A model generated the notes under the pieces. It saw only the letters and a list, made by a program, of their open reading frames with translations, was not told the origin of the DNA and made no database searches. Positions 12,992-26,300 of a DNA stretch of 64,000 nucleotides are shown piece after piece (position 1 is the stretch's first letter; the number at the start of each line of letters is the position of its first letter). Origin of the DNA: Antedon mediterranea (taxonomy: Eukaryota; Animalia; Echinodermata). Position numbers and translations under genes: made by a program. The DNA lies in NCBI RefSeq assembly GCF_964355755.1, contig NC_092677.1, positions 4,238,101-4,302,100 of the forward strand, in the 5' to 3' direction.

Positions 12992-15900
12992 TAGAGAAAC
13001 CATTTAAGATGAATTCTGCATTCCAAAACACATCGCGACGACGTCATAATGTCATTGACATTTTGACTTCAGAAGACGATGCGCTGCATAAAGTCATCGA
13101 CTTCGAATAATCTTTACAAGATGAAATCGATGAAAATAACATTATTAACAATAATATATCAGACTAGTTTGTTTCTCTACTAAGGAATTAAAACGCTTAC
13201 AGCGTGACGTCACTAAAGGTTGCCATTAAACCTTACAGTTTAGCACTTATTTTAATAAAACATGAACAGATTAAAATGAAATACAAAAACAACAAAACAT
13301 AAATCATAATTTAAGAAATTAAGACAGACCAATAATTCTAACTTACAACAACGTAATTCCATTTAGTAAATAAACAAATAAGACAAATGGCCAAATGGTG
13401 TAATGCTAATGCAGACCACTTAGCTCACAAAACAAAATGGAATTGAAAATAGGTACATGGGTTTAATGTTAACATAGGCCTATTCTATATTATTAAACAG
13501 ATAATTGTCATAATGGTATGTTTAACAATGGGAGAAGGGCCTAATCAATGTCTCTATTATTTAAACTTGAATCTAAAAAAAATACCACAGTTGGACCCAT
13601 TATGTCACTATTCAGGGAACACTTTCCAGTGAAACGAACACGGGCTATGATATATTTTCTACCACCTTAGGCGGCCTTATTCAAATGGCTATTCTAATGG
13701 AACACTTATGGGTTCCTCATTGGGGGACTGTAAATGAATAATAAAACACACCTGTATATAAGATTATGCTGTAACGTATACATTGGAATTATTCGTATAG
13801 ATATAACTTCTTGTTGGTAAATGTTGTAATAAGTGTAAATATAATATATATAATGGATGTACAGTATATAAGGTAAATGCAGCTGATCACAAACAACTCA
13901 GTGGTTACAACAAACTTAATTCAAACATTTCATGTAAATGAACATTGGAATTTAATTTAATAATTTATTTATATATTGACAGATAGTACAATGTTTATTT
14001 AGCCTCAAGTAGGCTATATAGCCCGATTATTACTGGGTGAGAATTCTAGCCCAGGTCGTTATGCATGTAGTAGTAGGCCTACGTGTCTCCTTTGACCACG
14101 AGACCAATAGTAATAGGTCTAAAACAGTATACAATTAAACACTTTTTAGTAACACATCGATCAATTTCACCACTAAGAGACCACGCATCAGTGTGTTTTA
14201 CATTATCTAATGAAAGTTCTCAAACAACAGGAAACCCGTGTATAACAGAAAGGGGATATTCATAGTATGTTGACACGTGTAAATTTCCTTGGGGCAGCAG
14301 TACTTCTCCTCTCGGGACCACACGAGAGAAACTTCCTGATGTCACCAGTTTTAAAAAGTTCGCCATGAACACACACTAAGACATTAACAACACGTGTTGT
14401 TCTATCTATCTACAATGATATGTCTAAGGATAGCTACAGATAATTTTTGATACTACACCTCGGGAAAAGGTTGATGCGTGGTTTCCTTAAACGCAGCAAA
14501 AACTGGCAATGTTTGATAATTTGCAACTTATTTACCTTGCCGTAGTAAAAGTGCTGGAATCTTACTAATATCTCAGGTGTATATATAAATATATATTAAT
14601 ATGCTGTCAAGCTTGTGAAGTCCCGTTGTATTATGAACCTTGATGAAACTAAATAAATTGCAACATTACAATTAATTTGCTTTTGCTATTTATTTGGAGT
14701 TTCTTTTTCAGCAATCTTTAATGTTCGATTTTTGGTTTAAAAGGTTTTGGAATTAATAGATTAATACAACCGTTACATGGCGATTAATTTACTTAACGAA
14801 TCTTCTATTATTTTGTGGAAAGAAACGATGTCTCATCAGGCAGGTATACAAATATTTGTATACCTCCTCCATGGTATCACTGAGATACTGATGACAGTAG
14901 GCTACTGACAATAGTAGAAATTCGATTTCCTGTAATTCATAAATATCCGATGAAAACAAAACAAATGTTAACAAAAATACAAAAAGTGGATTTTTTTACA
15001 AGATTAAACGGTTTTAACGTGGAGGAATTACGTATACGAGGCAGTAAACAGACAATAAAGGGCAGTAAACAGACAATAGACGGCAGAAAACAGACAATAG
15101 ACGGCAGAAAACTAAATAGCGGGCAGCCTTATACCAAAGAGTCGATTGAGTCATGTCACCGATGGATGGGATGGGGGACTCCAGCACGGAAAAAAATAGA
15201 CAATAGAGGGCAGTAAACAGAGAAAATAGAAACGTTTTAACTTTGAATAAAGGAGTTTACTAATATTGTCTAATTTTAAACAATCACAACAAAATTTTAT
15301 ATTTAATTTTAATAACGTGACGTCTCAATTATAATAATATAATAATTATACCAGCTGCTCTATCTATTCTTACAATCATTTTAAAATTCCGCTTTTGTAA
15401 TCCTACCCTGTAGAAACAAAATTTATAGAAAACCCAGAAAACCTTACTACAGTACAACCATTCACTAAATCTTTGCAGTATTGCAAGACTTTTCTTCAAA
15501 CGGCCAAAATAATTTATTGTTAAATATATTAAGTAATACAAATGACCATAAAAATACCCGAATTTAAAGGAGCACCATTTTAAATACATTTTCTTTCTTT
15601 GTCAAAAAAAAAAACACATTTTTTTTGGACATCAAAATGCATTTTCCCAACATTTTAAATAGCTTTTACTGAAAATGAGAAAGAAAAAAATTCAGTTTTA
15701 CAGCATATTTTTAAGGAATGCATATTGAAAATACATTTTGCGTATTTGTGTACGATCTCTTATAAATTTAATTAAAGCCAGGGGGAAATATATATTCCTT
15801 CATGGTTGAAGTTTACTCTTTTTAAGTTTTTGTTTTGTTTTAATGGTTATTTAGGTAAAAATCTTTACCCTAATATATTTGTGCATATTTAGTAAAAAAA

Positions 15901-16492
15901 AATAAATACTGGTAATACAAATTTAATAAGGTAATGTAATAAAATATTTGTTCAAAAAACAAGCAAGCAAATGCATTTGTACGTTGATTAAAGTTGACGA
16001 TACGCACGATCCAAATACAAAAATTAGCGGAAACGATGAAAGTGACGCGGAAAATAATCGTAATACGTCGGCTTTGATTTCTATCGTCTGAATGTCAGGT
16101 ATACGTAGTAAACGCGATCGATTAGGATATTAACGCTAGCATTTATATGCTTCTCGAAACGTAATACTGTAATATAAAACAAAATTACACAAATTAAATT
16201 TAACAATAGATATGTTTTCATATAAAGTTTGCGGTACAACACGTATGTAGTTCTGAAAAGAGTTTCTCAACATTTTGATCAATATGCTTTGATTGTCCCT
16301 CAAGAGTAAGAATGCTGGTAGTCCAGGACATAGAGCATAAATACGTTTACATGCTCTTTTCTTTACCATAGTCAAAAAAGCGCTATCGGAGTTGCATTGC
16401 AGTTCAGCATTGCTCTGCGAGTTATATCTCTGTTGCGAGTGACCTAGCTGAAGAGCTAATGCGACTATACTCTGGTAAAGAACAGTACTTCA

Positions 16493-17115
16493 AGACACCT
16501 TCAGTACAATTTGTGACGTTTTGTAAAAATAATACATATATATTACTTTAAAAACATTAAACCAGTTCATTCCTTGTCTTAAATGTACGTTTTATGGTAA
16601 ATTATGATAAAAAGTGAGAAACAATGCACTACCTAGGTAGCTCGCGGCGACTGACCTCTCGTGGACGGTCTTTAGGCCTAGCCTAGCTAGGCTTAGTTTT
16701 GTAGGCCTAGCTGGTAAACATCGGTAACGTACGAACATCGTATGCTACTTATATACCTAGCCTGACGTTGTATAGTTGCTGCATTAGTCTTTCTATTTTT
16801 GCCAGACTCCGTTGATACAAATTGGGGAAAACCCGGTATTTTCGCTGAAAAGTTAGGAGTCTTCCATTTGTTTTGGCCTCACGATCGATCGAAAAGTGGG
16901 TGAATTACAGAAGAAAAACAGAAATATCAATCCGCGCGCAATGCATTTTGGGATTTATAGCGGGCCGCTATAATTATTAGAATTGACTTATTTTTTACAT
17001 TTTTAACCATTCAAAGACAAAAAAAGTTATCGCAATAGGACCATATAGTATCATTTTTAGATTAAATATAGTTTGTGATCTTAAAATAGATCTAAAAAAG
17101 GTAGGGAAGGTGTCT
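16493..17115. mobile_element. ~620-bp non-autonomous DNA transposon, Kolobok-like (TTAA target)
   Basis: TIR AGACACCTTC../..GAAGGTGTCT flanked by TTCA/TTAA; near-identical inverted copy at 57353-57968. Confidence 0.8.
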
Positions 17116-17316
17116 TTAAAAAAACAAGATACTTATATTAGTTTAAATACCCAATTTTACGATATAGTTAAAGAAATAAATCCTAAATAAACGACAAAGC
17201 TTATATCAATAACACTTAGAATATTTACACTGGCTGAAGAAAAAATAAATATTAATTTAAGGTATAGGCAGAAATTCAGGATATTAAATAAAATTAGAAA
17301 TCTTCTGTAACTTCTG

Positions 17317-20300
17317 TTACTCCATTTTGGCTATAAGTTTCTGGAATAGTAACTCGATGGCAGAATTGCGCTTGGCACCGACTTCAAGGACCTCCTTGTG
17401 GTTAGCTTCCTCATCCGTCTCCTCATCTCCCAGCATTATACATTTGTTTGTTATAAGAGAAAGACCAAAAACCCTCAAACCACAGTGCCTGGCAACAATC
17501 ACTTCTGGACATGTACTCATACCTGCAAATAACCAGTAAATGTCAGCAATACAGTAATCATTTTTCTCTCCCAATAAACATTCATTTGGATGATGATAAA
17601 AAAAAATGTATAGCCTGTTGTGACTTATTTTAGCTGTCAATTGAGCAGTGCATGCCCCAAATGAACCCACTGGATCTACCCCTGAATATACAACCTAGTT
17701 TTTAAATTTTCTTACCCACTGCATCTCCTCCAACCTTATTGATGAGGGCGATTTCAGCTGGGGATTCGTATGAGGGTCCAGACACCATGCAGTAGACGCC
17801 TTCCCGCAAGAACGACGAATAGCCTAGACTGTCTGCAAGATCTCGTGCTAACTTTCTCAGCTTAGGATCATATGCTTTTGAAATTGCAGGAAATCTTGGT
17901 CCAAATCTTTAAAAAGACAAGAATTTAAATTAAAACAACTAAGCGACATTGCCACAACCCATTCCGAGTTACACTATCAAAAAGGTGTGGAATTTTGAAA
18001 ATGTAAATCTTTCTGCAAATCTTTAATAGAGTTGAATGTAGTGCAAATCTCGCTTGAATTGAGAGCTCTTATACAATTACTATAGGGTCTATTTACTGTT
18101 TACCAAAACCAAGTAACCTTTGTCTCATAAGAATGTTTAATATGTTTCGACTTTGGTGAATACAATGGAAATTTTATCTTTTAAGGAGATGACATAAATT
18201 GGGTGATGCTATTGTTATAGATAAATTGAGAGATAATGTGATTAGGTGATGGCGTTGTTACATCATGGTGTTATTCACCCTAAACTTTGTATTTGCAACC
18301 ACAAATATGTATTTCAATATTATGCTGGTGGTTCCTGTACAGAAGTTACTTATAAAAAAACATGTTCAGTTTCACATCACCTCCAATATGCGATAAGGAG
18401 GTGATGTGAAACTAACATGTTTTTTTATAAGTAACTTCTGTACAGGAACCACCAGCATAATATTGAAATCATAAAGTTCTCAAAACACAGCAACAAAAAT
18501 TGAAAATGAGATTTAGAAATTGTTTGAATAATGATAAGATTATTAATTATTATTGAAAGGAGGAAACGATTGGATAAATTCCATTTCATAAAAAATGCAT
18601 CATTTGATATTATTATACAGAGTTTATCCAATTATTGGAGACCGAGAAAATTAATTTTATCATTTAACATAAAACTGTATACATTTGTTGTATGAGAGAA
18701 ACAATCAAATCTACAGAAAATGAGTGTTTTAAATTAACAAAAACGGAAAAAAACAGCATGTATTTGTTTCACGTTGTGACCAGTCCACAGGAGCGGTGCA
18801 CAGTTTCGTCATATCACGTAGACATAAAACCACACAACAGCAGGAACCAGACATGGAATTTAGGGTAATTTGTAAAAGATTTAAAAGCAAACAGATTACA
18901 AAATAGAATGGACAAAGGTAAAAGGTCATGCTAGTCTTTCAGGCTGTATTTAAGGATCAATAAAATCACAAGCATGTATGAGACGGTAAAGGTGCATTTC
19001 AATAATATTAGCATTCTAGAAATAATGTAAAGCCACACAGAGAGATACCATGAATATAATAAAATCATTGATATCATTTTTGTAAAGGTGATTAAACTCG
19101 AAAAACCTTTTTCTTTAACCTTCTTTATTGCCATTTTATAATATGATAATAATGTATGCATGTTTTTTTTTTATATATTTTTAAATGCAAGTGAAATGAA
19201 TAAACATCTACCACATATTATAATTTTATACCAGTATGTTTCACAATCTTGCGACATAATAAATTGTAATGTTTCATAACTTTCTTTGTCCTTTTTTCCC
19301 ATTCATTTCACTATCAGTATCAAACAATCCACATTATTTATAGATATTTTTTTTACAATAATTAAAAATAAGATACATTTTTTTTATATTATATATTTTT
19401 TATATTACTATGGTCTAGTTCTTAAATGAGTCTTATTTTGTATAAATGTATTAAAAATAAGATAAATTTTTTTTAATATTATATATTTTTTATATTACTG
19501 TGGTCCAGTTCTTAAATGAGTCTTATTTTGTATAAATGTATTACTGGTAGCTCAAGTGCTACTTCAAGCTTGTTTCAATCCTATGGTCCAGAGTTCAATT
19601 GTGTTCAATGGTTAAGTATTATTAATGCAAAGATGAGAGATGTGGGTGTTCTGCCTCGTGCAGTATACTGTGTGTTAGATAACATCCCCAAATAATGGAC
19701 ACTCTGGAATGATAGCTGCTCCAGAACAGAAATTAAAATCTAATTTATTTTGTGAACTTTCATCTAATTTTTTTAAAAACAAAATGTTTCCCACAGAAAC
19801 TAGTGTACAGGACCTACCTTTCATCGTTGGGTCCACACAATGGATTGTTGCCTGATAGCCCTGGCATGTTGATATGATCTTTGATGATCATTACGTCACC
19901 AACGTTATAATCCCTGTTCACACCTCCGGCAGCGTTTGTTACAAACAAGGTCTTAATACCAAGTAGGCGCATCACTCTCACCGGTATAGTAAGCTAAATC
20001 AAGTAGGAACAAATAAAATAGAAATCATTCATTCATTTTTTCTTTATTCTTTATACTAGGTATAGGCTATTTAGTCAAAGACTGTTCTCCCAGGGGGCCC
20101 AGCTATGATCAGTGGCTGTGTAAGTTTACTGCTGTAGTACACTGGGGTAACCCCCTACTCGTCTCGAAAGATGTACTAGGTTCTTTAAAGTGCACATGAG
20201 CTTGATGTGTACACTGGTTTGTACTTATCTGAGAAGACTCGTTCTACCACCAGAACCATGGAGCGAGTGAGCCTTGAACCCGATGTTTAATATGGCTTTG

Positions 20301-23300
20301 TAATTGCGGTTCTACCGTCTTAACCGCTCACCACTCACTCGCTGCAGTTTAATATCCATTATGTAACATAGATACAGAACAGTATTAATACAGTTGAATA
20401 GTCAAAATCCTTCATCAAAGTGTCTACATAATGAGAATGCCCCTAAATACAGTAGGAGCTAATGCTAAAAAATACTGTACTGTACTGTACGCCTTGTTTG
20501 TTTCACACATTTTCTACTGAACGTACTGTAAGAGGGGTGTGTACTGTAATACAGGTGTCTCCAGAATAGGTATGACCTCTGAATAGGGACGTTCCAAAAA
20601 AGGGGGTGTACTGTATTCAAAACTATATCTTTTCAACCATGTTGATACAGTAAAACATTACGTACCTCGGGTAATGAATATCCCTCGTAAAAATGGAATC
20701 TTCCCAACATGCACATCACTGGTTTTCCCTCGATGTGACCAAACACAAATTCACTTTTATGTCCTTCAACTTAAAAACAAAAATAACTTAAAATTTAATA
20801 ATTTTACAAACAGTTATAAAATACTTCATTTCAAGGATTTGTATTTGTAACGTTACCAAGGATTTTTAAGATTGGTTTTTTAAGTACAGGTAGTCTAAAA
20901 TAATATAATTGACTTCAGATATCTACAATGTCTTTAAAAATTATGATAATATATTGATACAGAGTAAAATAAAATAATTACTGTGCATTCTATTACAGTA
21001 GTCTGTACACAGGCAGAGTAACAGGAGCAACAGTTGTACAATAAATAAATTAATATACTATTATTTATAATATATGCAGTTTCTAATGAAACCCTAGACA
21101 CAGTATGGTACATTGTCTGAATTAGTAAATCTCTAAGATTACCTATGACATTTAAAAGAAGTGTTGAGATAAATGACATACCACTGAATGACGACAAGCT
21201 TAAACAAAACAAATAGCACGTTGTATTATGATAACCTGGCAACCTAATTATGTTAAATCGTAGATAATCACAGTATTCATGGTAGGTTTATAAACCTACC
21301 ACTTAAGTAACGTACTACAAAGACCCCACCCACAATGACCCCACCCAAACACAACATTACAATAGTAAATTAATCACTGTCCTATCAGATAGGTGGTAAT
21401 CCCCCTGATACAGGGGCTATTTTGTGAACCAGTTTACCGGGGTAACCCCCTACCCGTCTCAAATGATGAACTGGGTTCTTTAAAGTGCACACAGGTTATA
21501 ACTGTCTATCACTGGACCTACGGTTTATAGTCATTATCCGAGAACATGGAGCGAGTTGGCCTCGAACCCTTGCCAATACTGTTGGCTCTTTTAGGTAAAC
21601 GTCACTTTAACTGCTCAGCCATTTTAATCGCTATAATTGTTTGATGAATGTTGATAATACAGTCATTTCTAATGCTTAAATGCTGTGGTTTTCTACCATT
21701 TTGTCATTACTAGGGTCAGAACCTTAGTACCTGGGTGGAGGTAATAATCACTACCACAAAGTAAACATATGGCCCAATAAGGCAAGTTTCTCAGAAACAC
21801 AGGATGCTACAGTATACCTCAATAACCTTTGTGCTGTAGTCTACCAGATGTTTATGTTAATGTACTACTTTATTCCACCGCTGTACAATCATTAAACTTG
21901 ACTGTTCGTCAACTGATAAACCGTACCTGCCTCACATGAATTATAAACCAAATAGAGTCACCTAAAACTCCAGACATAAGGTCAATATATGATTTTACAT
22001 ACAGCATATTGCATTACACTTGAAGTTATAATAGGGAAGTAGACATTACATGGCCTGCGCGAGACTTCTGATACTGATGTTGTAAGTAACCTCTGTCAAG
22101 ACAGATGTTGTTGGGTAAAAATGATGCAATAAATACAGTAGATAAAAATCAAAAGAACTTAGTACATCTTTCGAGACGAGGGGGGGGGGGGGGGCGGAAT
22201 AATAATAATTTACATCGTCTACTGTATATTACTAATGTCATCAAAAAGTAACGAGCACTTAGCATTTCAATGTTTACAAGAAGTGCGGCGCACTATCTAG
22301 CAAATAACCTAATATAACATCTGTACTGTATAATGACAGACGGAAATAACATTCTAAACAGAATTCACACAGCAGATGTTGATTTGAAAAATGATTTTAT
22401 ATTGACCCCAAAATTTGTTGTTCTATATTGTTTTGTTTTTCTGGCGTCACACAGTCACATGATGTAATCACGCTAACTCGGAAGCAATGTTCGTTATTGT
22501 CACGATTACAGATAGGCATTAAGTATAGTAAACAGTTCGATAAAACTCAAGATTACCTAATAGGCATTAAGTACAGCAAACCGTTTGATAAAACTCTTGT
22601 CATGATAAAACTAATCACAAGTAAATATTTATTGAATAATCATAACCAGTTTATTGAGACATTAACATTTGAAAACCGCAGCCTGGGCTACTGTACTACT
22701 ATGTGGTACAGTGCACCAGGATGTTTGGAACAAGTGTACAGTATACTTACTACTAATTAGTATACATGACGTACTGAATGGTTACATAGTTCACTATAAA
22801 GTTTTTTTAAAGGAGGAAGGGAGAGAGAAAGAAGGGAGAGGGAAAGAAGGGAGAGGAAATAAGGGAGAGGAAAGAATAGAGAGGAAATAAAGGAGAGGAA
22901 ATAAAGGAGAGGAAAGAATGGAGAGGAAAGAAGGGAGAGGAAAAAAGGGAGAGGGAAGAAGAGAGAGGAAAGAAGGAATACTGAATACTGAAATGCTTTA
23001 TTTGTCCATCATCATAAAATAAAAACAGAAATTCTTCTTGAAGATTGACAATTATTAGTACAATACAAAAATAAATAGATATACAATATAATATATTATG
23101 TACACACACATAATTGCACAAAAAATATAAGTTATGAAACACGGTGTAAAAATGACTAGGTATTAAAATTGAATAGGATTCAGGAGATTAAAATAGTTTA
23201 AAACAGCTTTAAAAGGAAGAGGGAAGAAGGAAAAGGGAAGGAAGGAAGAGGAAGAAGGGAGAGGAAGAAGGGAGAGGGAAGGAAGGAAGAGGAAGAAGGA

Positions 23301-26300
23301 AGAGGAAGAAGGGAGAGGAAGAAGGGAGAGGGAAGAAGGGGGAGGGAAGAAGGGAGAGGAAAAGAAGGGAGGGGAAAGAAGGGGGAGGGAAGGAAGGAAG
23401 AGGAAGAAGGGAGAGGAAGAAGGGAGAGGAAGAAGGGAGAGGAAGAAGGGAGAGGAAGAAGGGAGAGGAAGAAGGGAGAGGAAGAAGGGAGAGGAAGAAG
23501 GGAGAGGAAGAAGGGAGAGGAAGAAGGGAGAGGAAGAAGGGAGAGGAAAAGAAGGGAGGGGGAAGAAGGGAGAGGAAAAGAAGGGAGGGGGAAGAAGGGA
23601 GAGGAAAAAAGGGAGAGGGAAGAAGAGAGAGGAAAGAAGGAATACTGAATACTGAAATGCTTTATTTGTCCATCATCATAAAATAAAAACAGAAATTCTT
23701 CTTGAAGATTGACAATTATTAGTACAATACAAAAATAAATAGATATACAATATAATATATTATGTACACACACATAATTGCACAAAAAATATAAGTTATG
23801 AAACACGGTGTAAAAATGACTAGGTATTAAAATTGAATAGGATTCAGGAGATTAAAATAGTTTAAAACAGCTTTAAAAGGAAGAGGGAAGAAGGAAAAGG
23901 GAAGGAAGGAAGAGGAAGAAGGGAGAGGAAGAAGGGGGGAGGGAAGAAGGGGGAGGGAAAGAAGGGAGAGGAAAAGAAGGGAGAGGAAAAGAAGGGAGAG
24001 GAAAAGAAGGGAGAGGAAAAGAAGGGAGGGGAAAAGAAGGGAGAGGGAGAAGGGAGAGGAAGAAGGGAGAGGAAGAAGGGAGAGGAAGAAGGGAGAGGAA
24101 GAAGGGAGAGGAAGAGAAGGGAGAGGAAGAGAAGGGAGAGGAAGAGAAGGGAGAGGAAGAGAAGGGAGAGGAAGAGAAGGGAGAGGAAAAGAAGGGAGAG
24201 GAAAAGAAGGGAGAGGAAGAAGGGAGAGGAAGAAGGGAAAAGTAAGAAGGAACAAGGAAGAAGGGGGAGGGAAGAAGGGAGAGGAAAAGAAGGGAGGGTG
24301 AAGGGAGAGGGAAGAAGGGAGAGGGAAGAAGGGAGAGGGAAGAAGGGAGAGGGAAGAAGGGAGAGGGAAGAAGGGAGAGGGAAGAAGGGAGAGGAAGAAG
24401 GGAGAGGAAGAAGGGAGAGGAAGAGAAGGGAGAGGAAGAGAAGGGAGAGGAAGAGAAGGGAGAGGAAGAGAAGGGAGAGGAAGAGAAGGGAGAGGAAGAG
24501 AAGGGAGAGGAAGAGAAGGGAGAGGAAGAAGGGAGAGGAAGAAGGGAGAGGAAGAAGGAACAAGGAAGAAGGGAGAGGAAGAAGGAACAAAGAAGAAGGG
24601 AGAGGAAGAAGGGAGAGGAAGAAGGGAGAGGAAGAAGGGACAATGAAGAAGGGAGAGGGAAGAAGGGAGAGAAAGAAGGGAGAGGAAAAGAAGGGAGAGG
24701 AAAAGAAGGGAGAGGAAAAGAAGGGAGAGGAAAAGAAGGGAGAGGAAAAGAAGGGAGAGGAAAAAGGGAGAGGAAGAAGGGAGAGGAAAAGAAGGGAGAG
24801 GAAAAGAAGGGAGAGGAAGAAGGGAGAGAAAGAAGGGAGAGGAAGAAGGGAGAGGAAGAAGGGAGAGGAAGAAGGGAGAGGAAGAAGGGAGAGGAAGAAG
24901 GGAGAGGAAGAAGGAACAAGGAAGAAGGGAGAGGGAAGAAGGGAGAGGGAAGAAGGGAGAGGAAGAAGGGAGAGGAAAAGAAGGGAGAGGAAGAGAAGGG
25001 AGAGGAAGAAGGGAGAGGAAGAAGGGAGAGAAAGAAGGGAGAGAAAGAAGGGAGAGGAAGAAGGGAGAGGAAGAAGGAACAAGGAAGAAAGGAGAGGAAG
25101 AAGGGAGAGGAAGAAGGGAGAGGAAGAAGGGAGAGGAAGAAGGGAGAGGAAGAAGGGAAAAGTAAGAAGGAACAAGGAAGAAGGGAGAGGAAAAGAAGGG
25201 AGGGGGAAGAAGGGTGAAGGAAGAGGGAAGAAGGGAGAGGGAAAAGTGAGAGAGATGAATGGAGGGGGAAAAGAAAAAAGTATTTTTTCAACAATTTAAA
25301 ATTTAAACATGATTTATTAATTCATTATCATCGATTAATACTGTATTTATTAAAAAATGCAAAACAATTATTAATTACAGTTTAATAATTATCTATTTTG
25401 TATTGTTATTAACTGTACAGATACACAATTACAGAAGACGTATAAAAATGAAGATAATACAATGGGAAAAATTTATACAAACCAAGTAAAATTAAATTGG
25501 CCTTTAATACATTATTGGAAACGACAAATTAACGTGACCCACACAAATGAAAGGGCACTTTCCAGGGTTTTCCCTGATCGTACGGGGGAGTTAAAACACA
25601 GCGTGGTGGACTTTTAATTTCATGACGCACTAAGCAACTACTGTACTGTCTGTTAGAAACATGATCAGAAACACGTGGGCATGTGCAGAATAACTGATTG
25701 ATGTGAGGCGTAAAAACAACTGAAATTTTCTATTTAACAGAATTTTTTATCAAGACGAAAATTAATTTAAATAGCAAGTTGAGAACACATTGTCAACACA
25801 CTGTATGGCACATCTGTCATAAAATCATATTGATTTTTCGGTTTAGTTATGATTTCCAAAAAACATTGGAAGGCGACATTTGCATTTTTTCCTTGCTAAT
25901 CTGATGGTCAAATTGATTTTGTTTACCACTCCATTTATGTCCGATGGTCTTTCCACGGTTATTTGCTGGACATGGACAATGGATGAACTTTATCACTACT
26001 ACTGTGCTAGTATCACTTTGTTATGCCAAAATATTGACTTACTTTTAAGTACAATTTGAATAGACCTTTATATTACGGTATATTGGTACAGTATATGGGT
26101 AATTCTTCCATCTAAGTTGACCCAAAAAAAAAATGCATTGTTAAACCCTACGCTAATTGAAAATTGAAATAATTATTCTTAAAAACCGCTAGACTGATAA
26201 AGTTAAATTTTGACTTTAAATAACTATAAATTACCCATTCACCAAAATTGAAGAAGGTAGGGTTTAACTAATTGGGTGATCTGAGATGGAATGACCCATA

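Noticed and set aside
14886-14932. CTGATGA followed by hairpin CAGTAG-G-CTACTG (hammerhead-like start)
   Set aside because: No GAAA directly after stem II and no stem I/III pairing.
14950-15225. 88-aa ORF with GSKQTID repeats
   Set aside because: It is produced by a short 21-bp tandem repeat, with no splice context or recognisable domain.
22807-25299. Long ORFs (111-473 aa) rich in L/P/S/F or E/G/R/K
   Set aside because: They are translations of the GA/CT minisatellite, which lacks stop codons; they lie in PNP intron 2.
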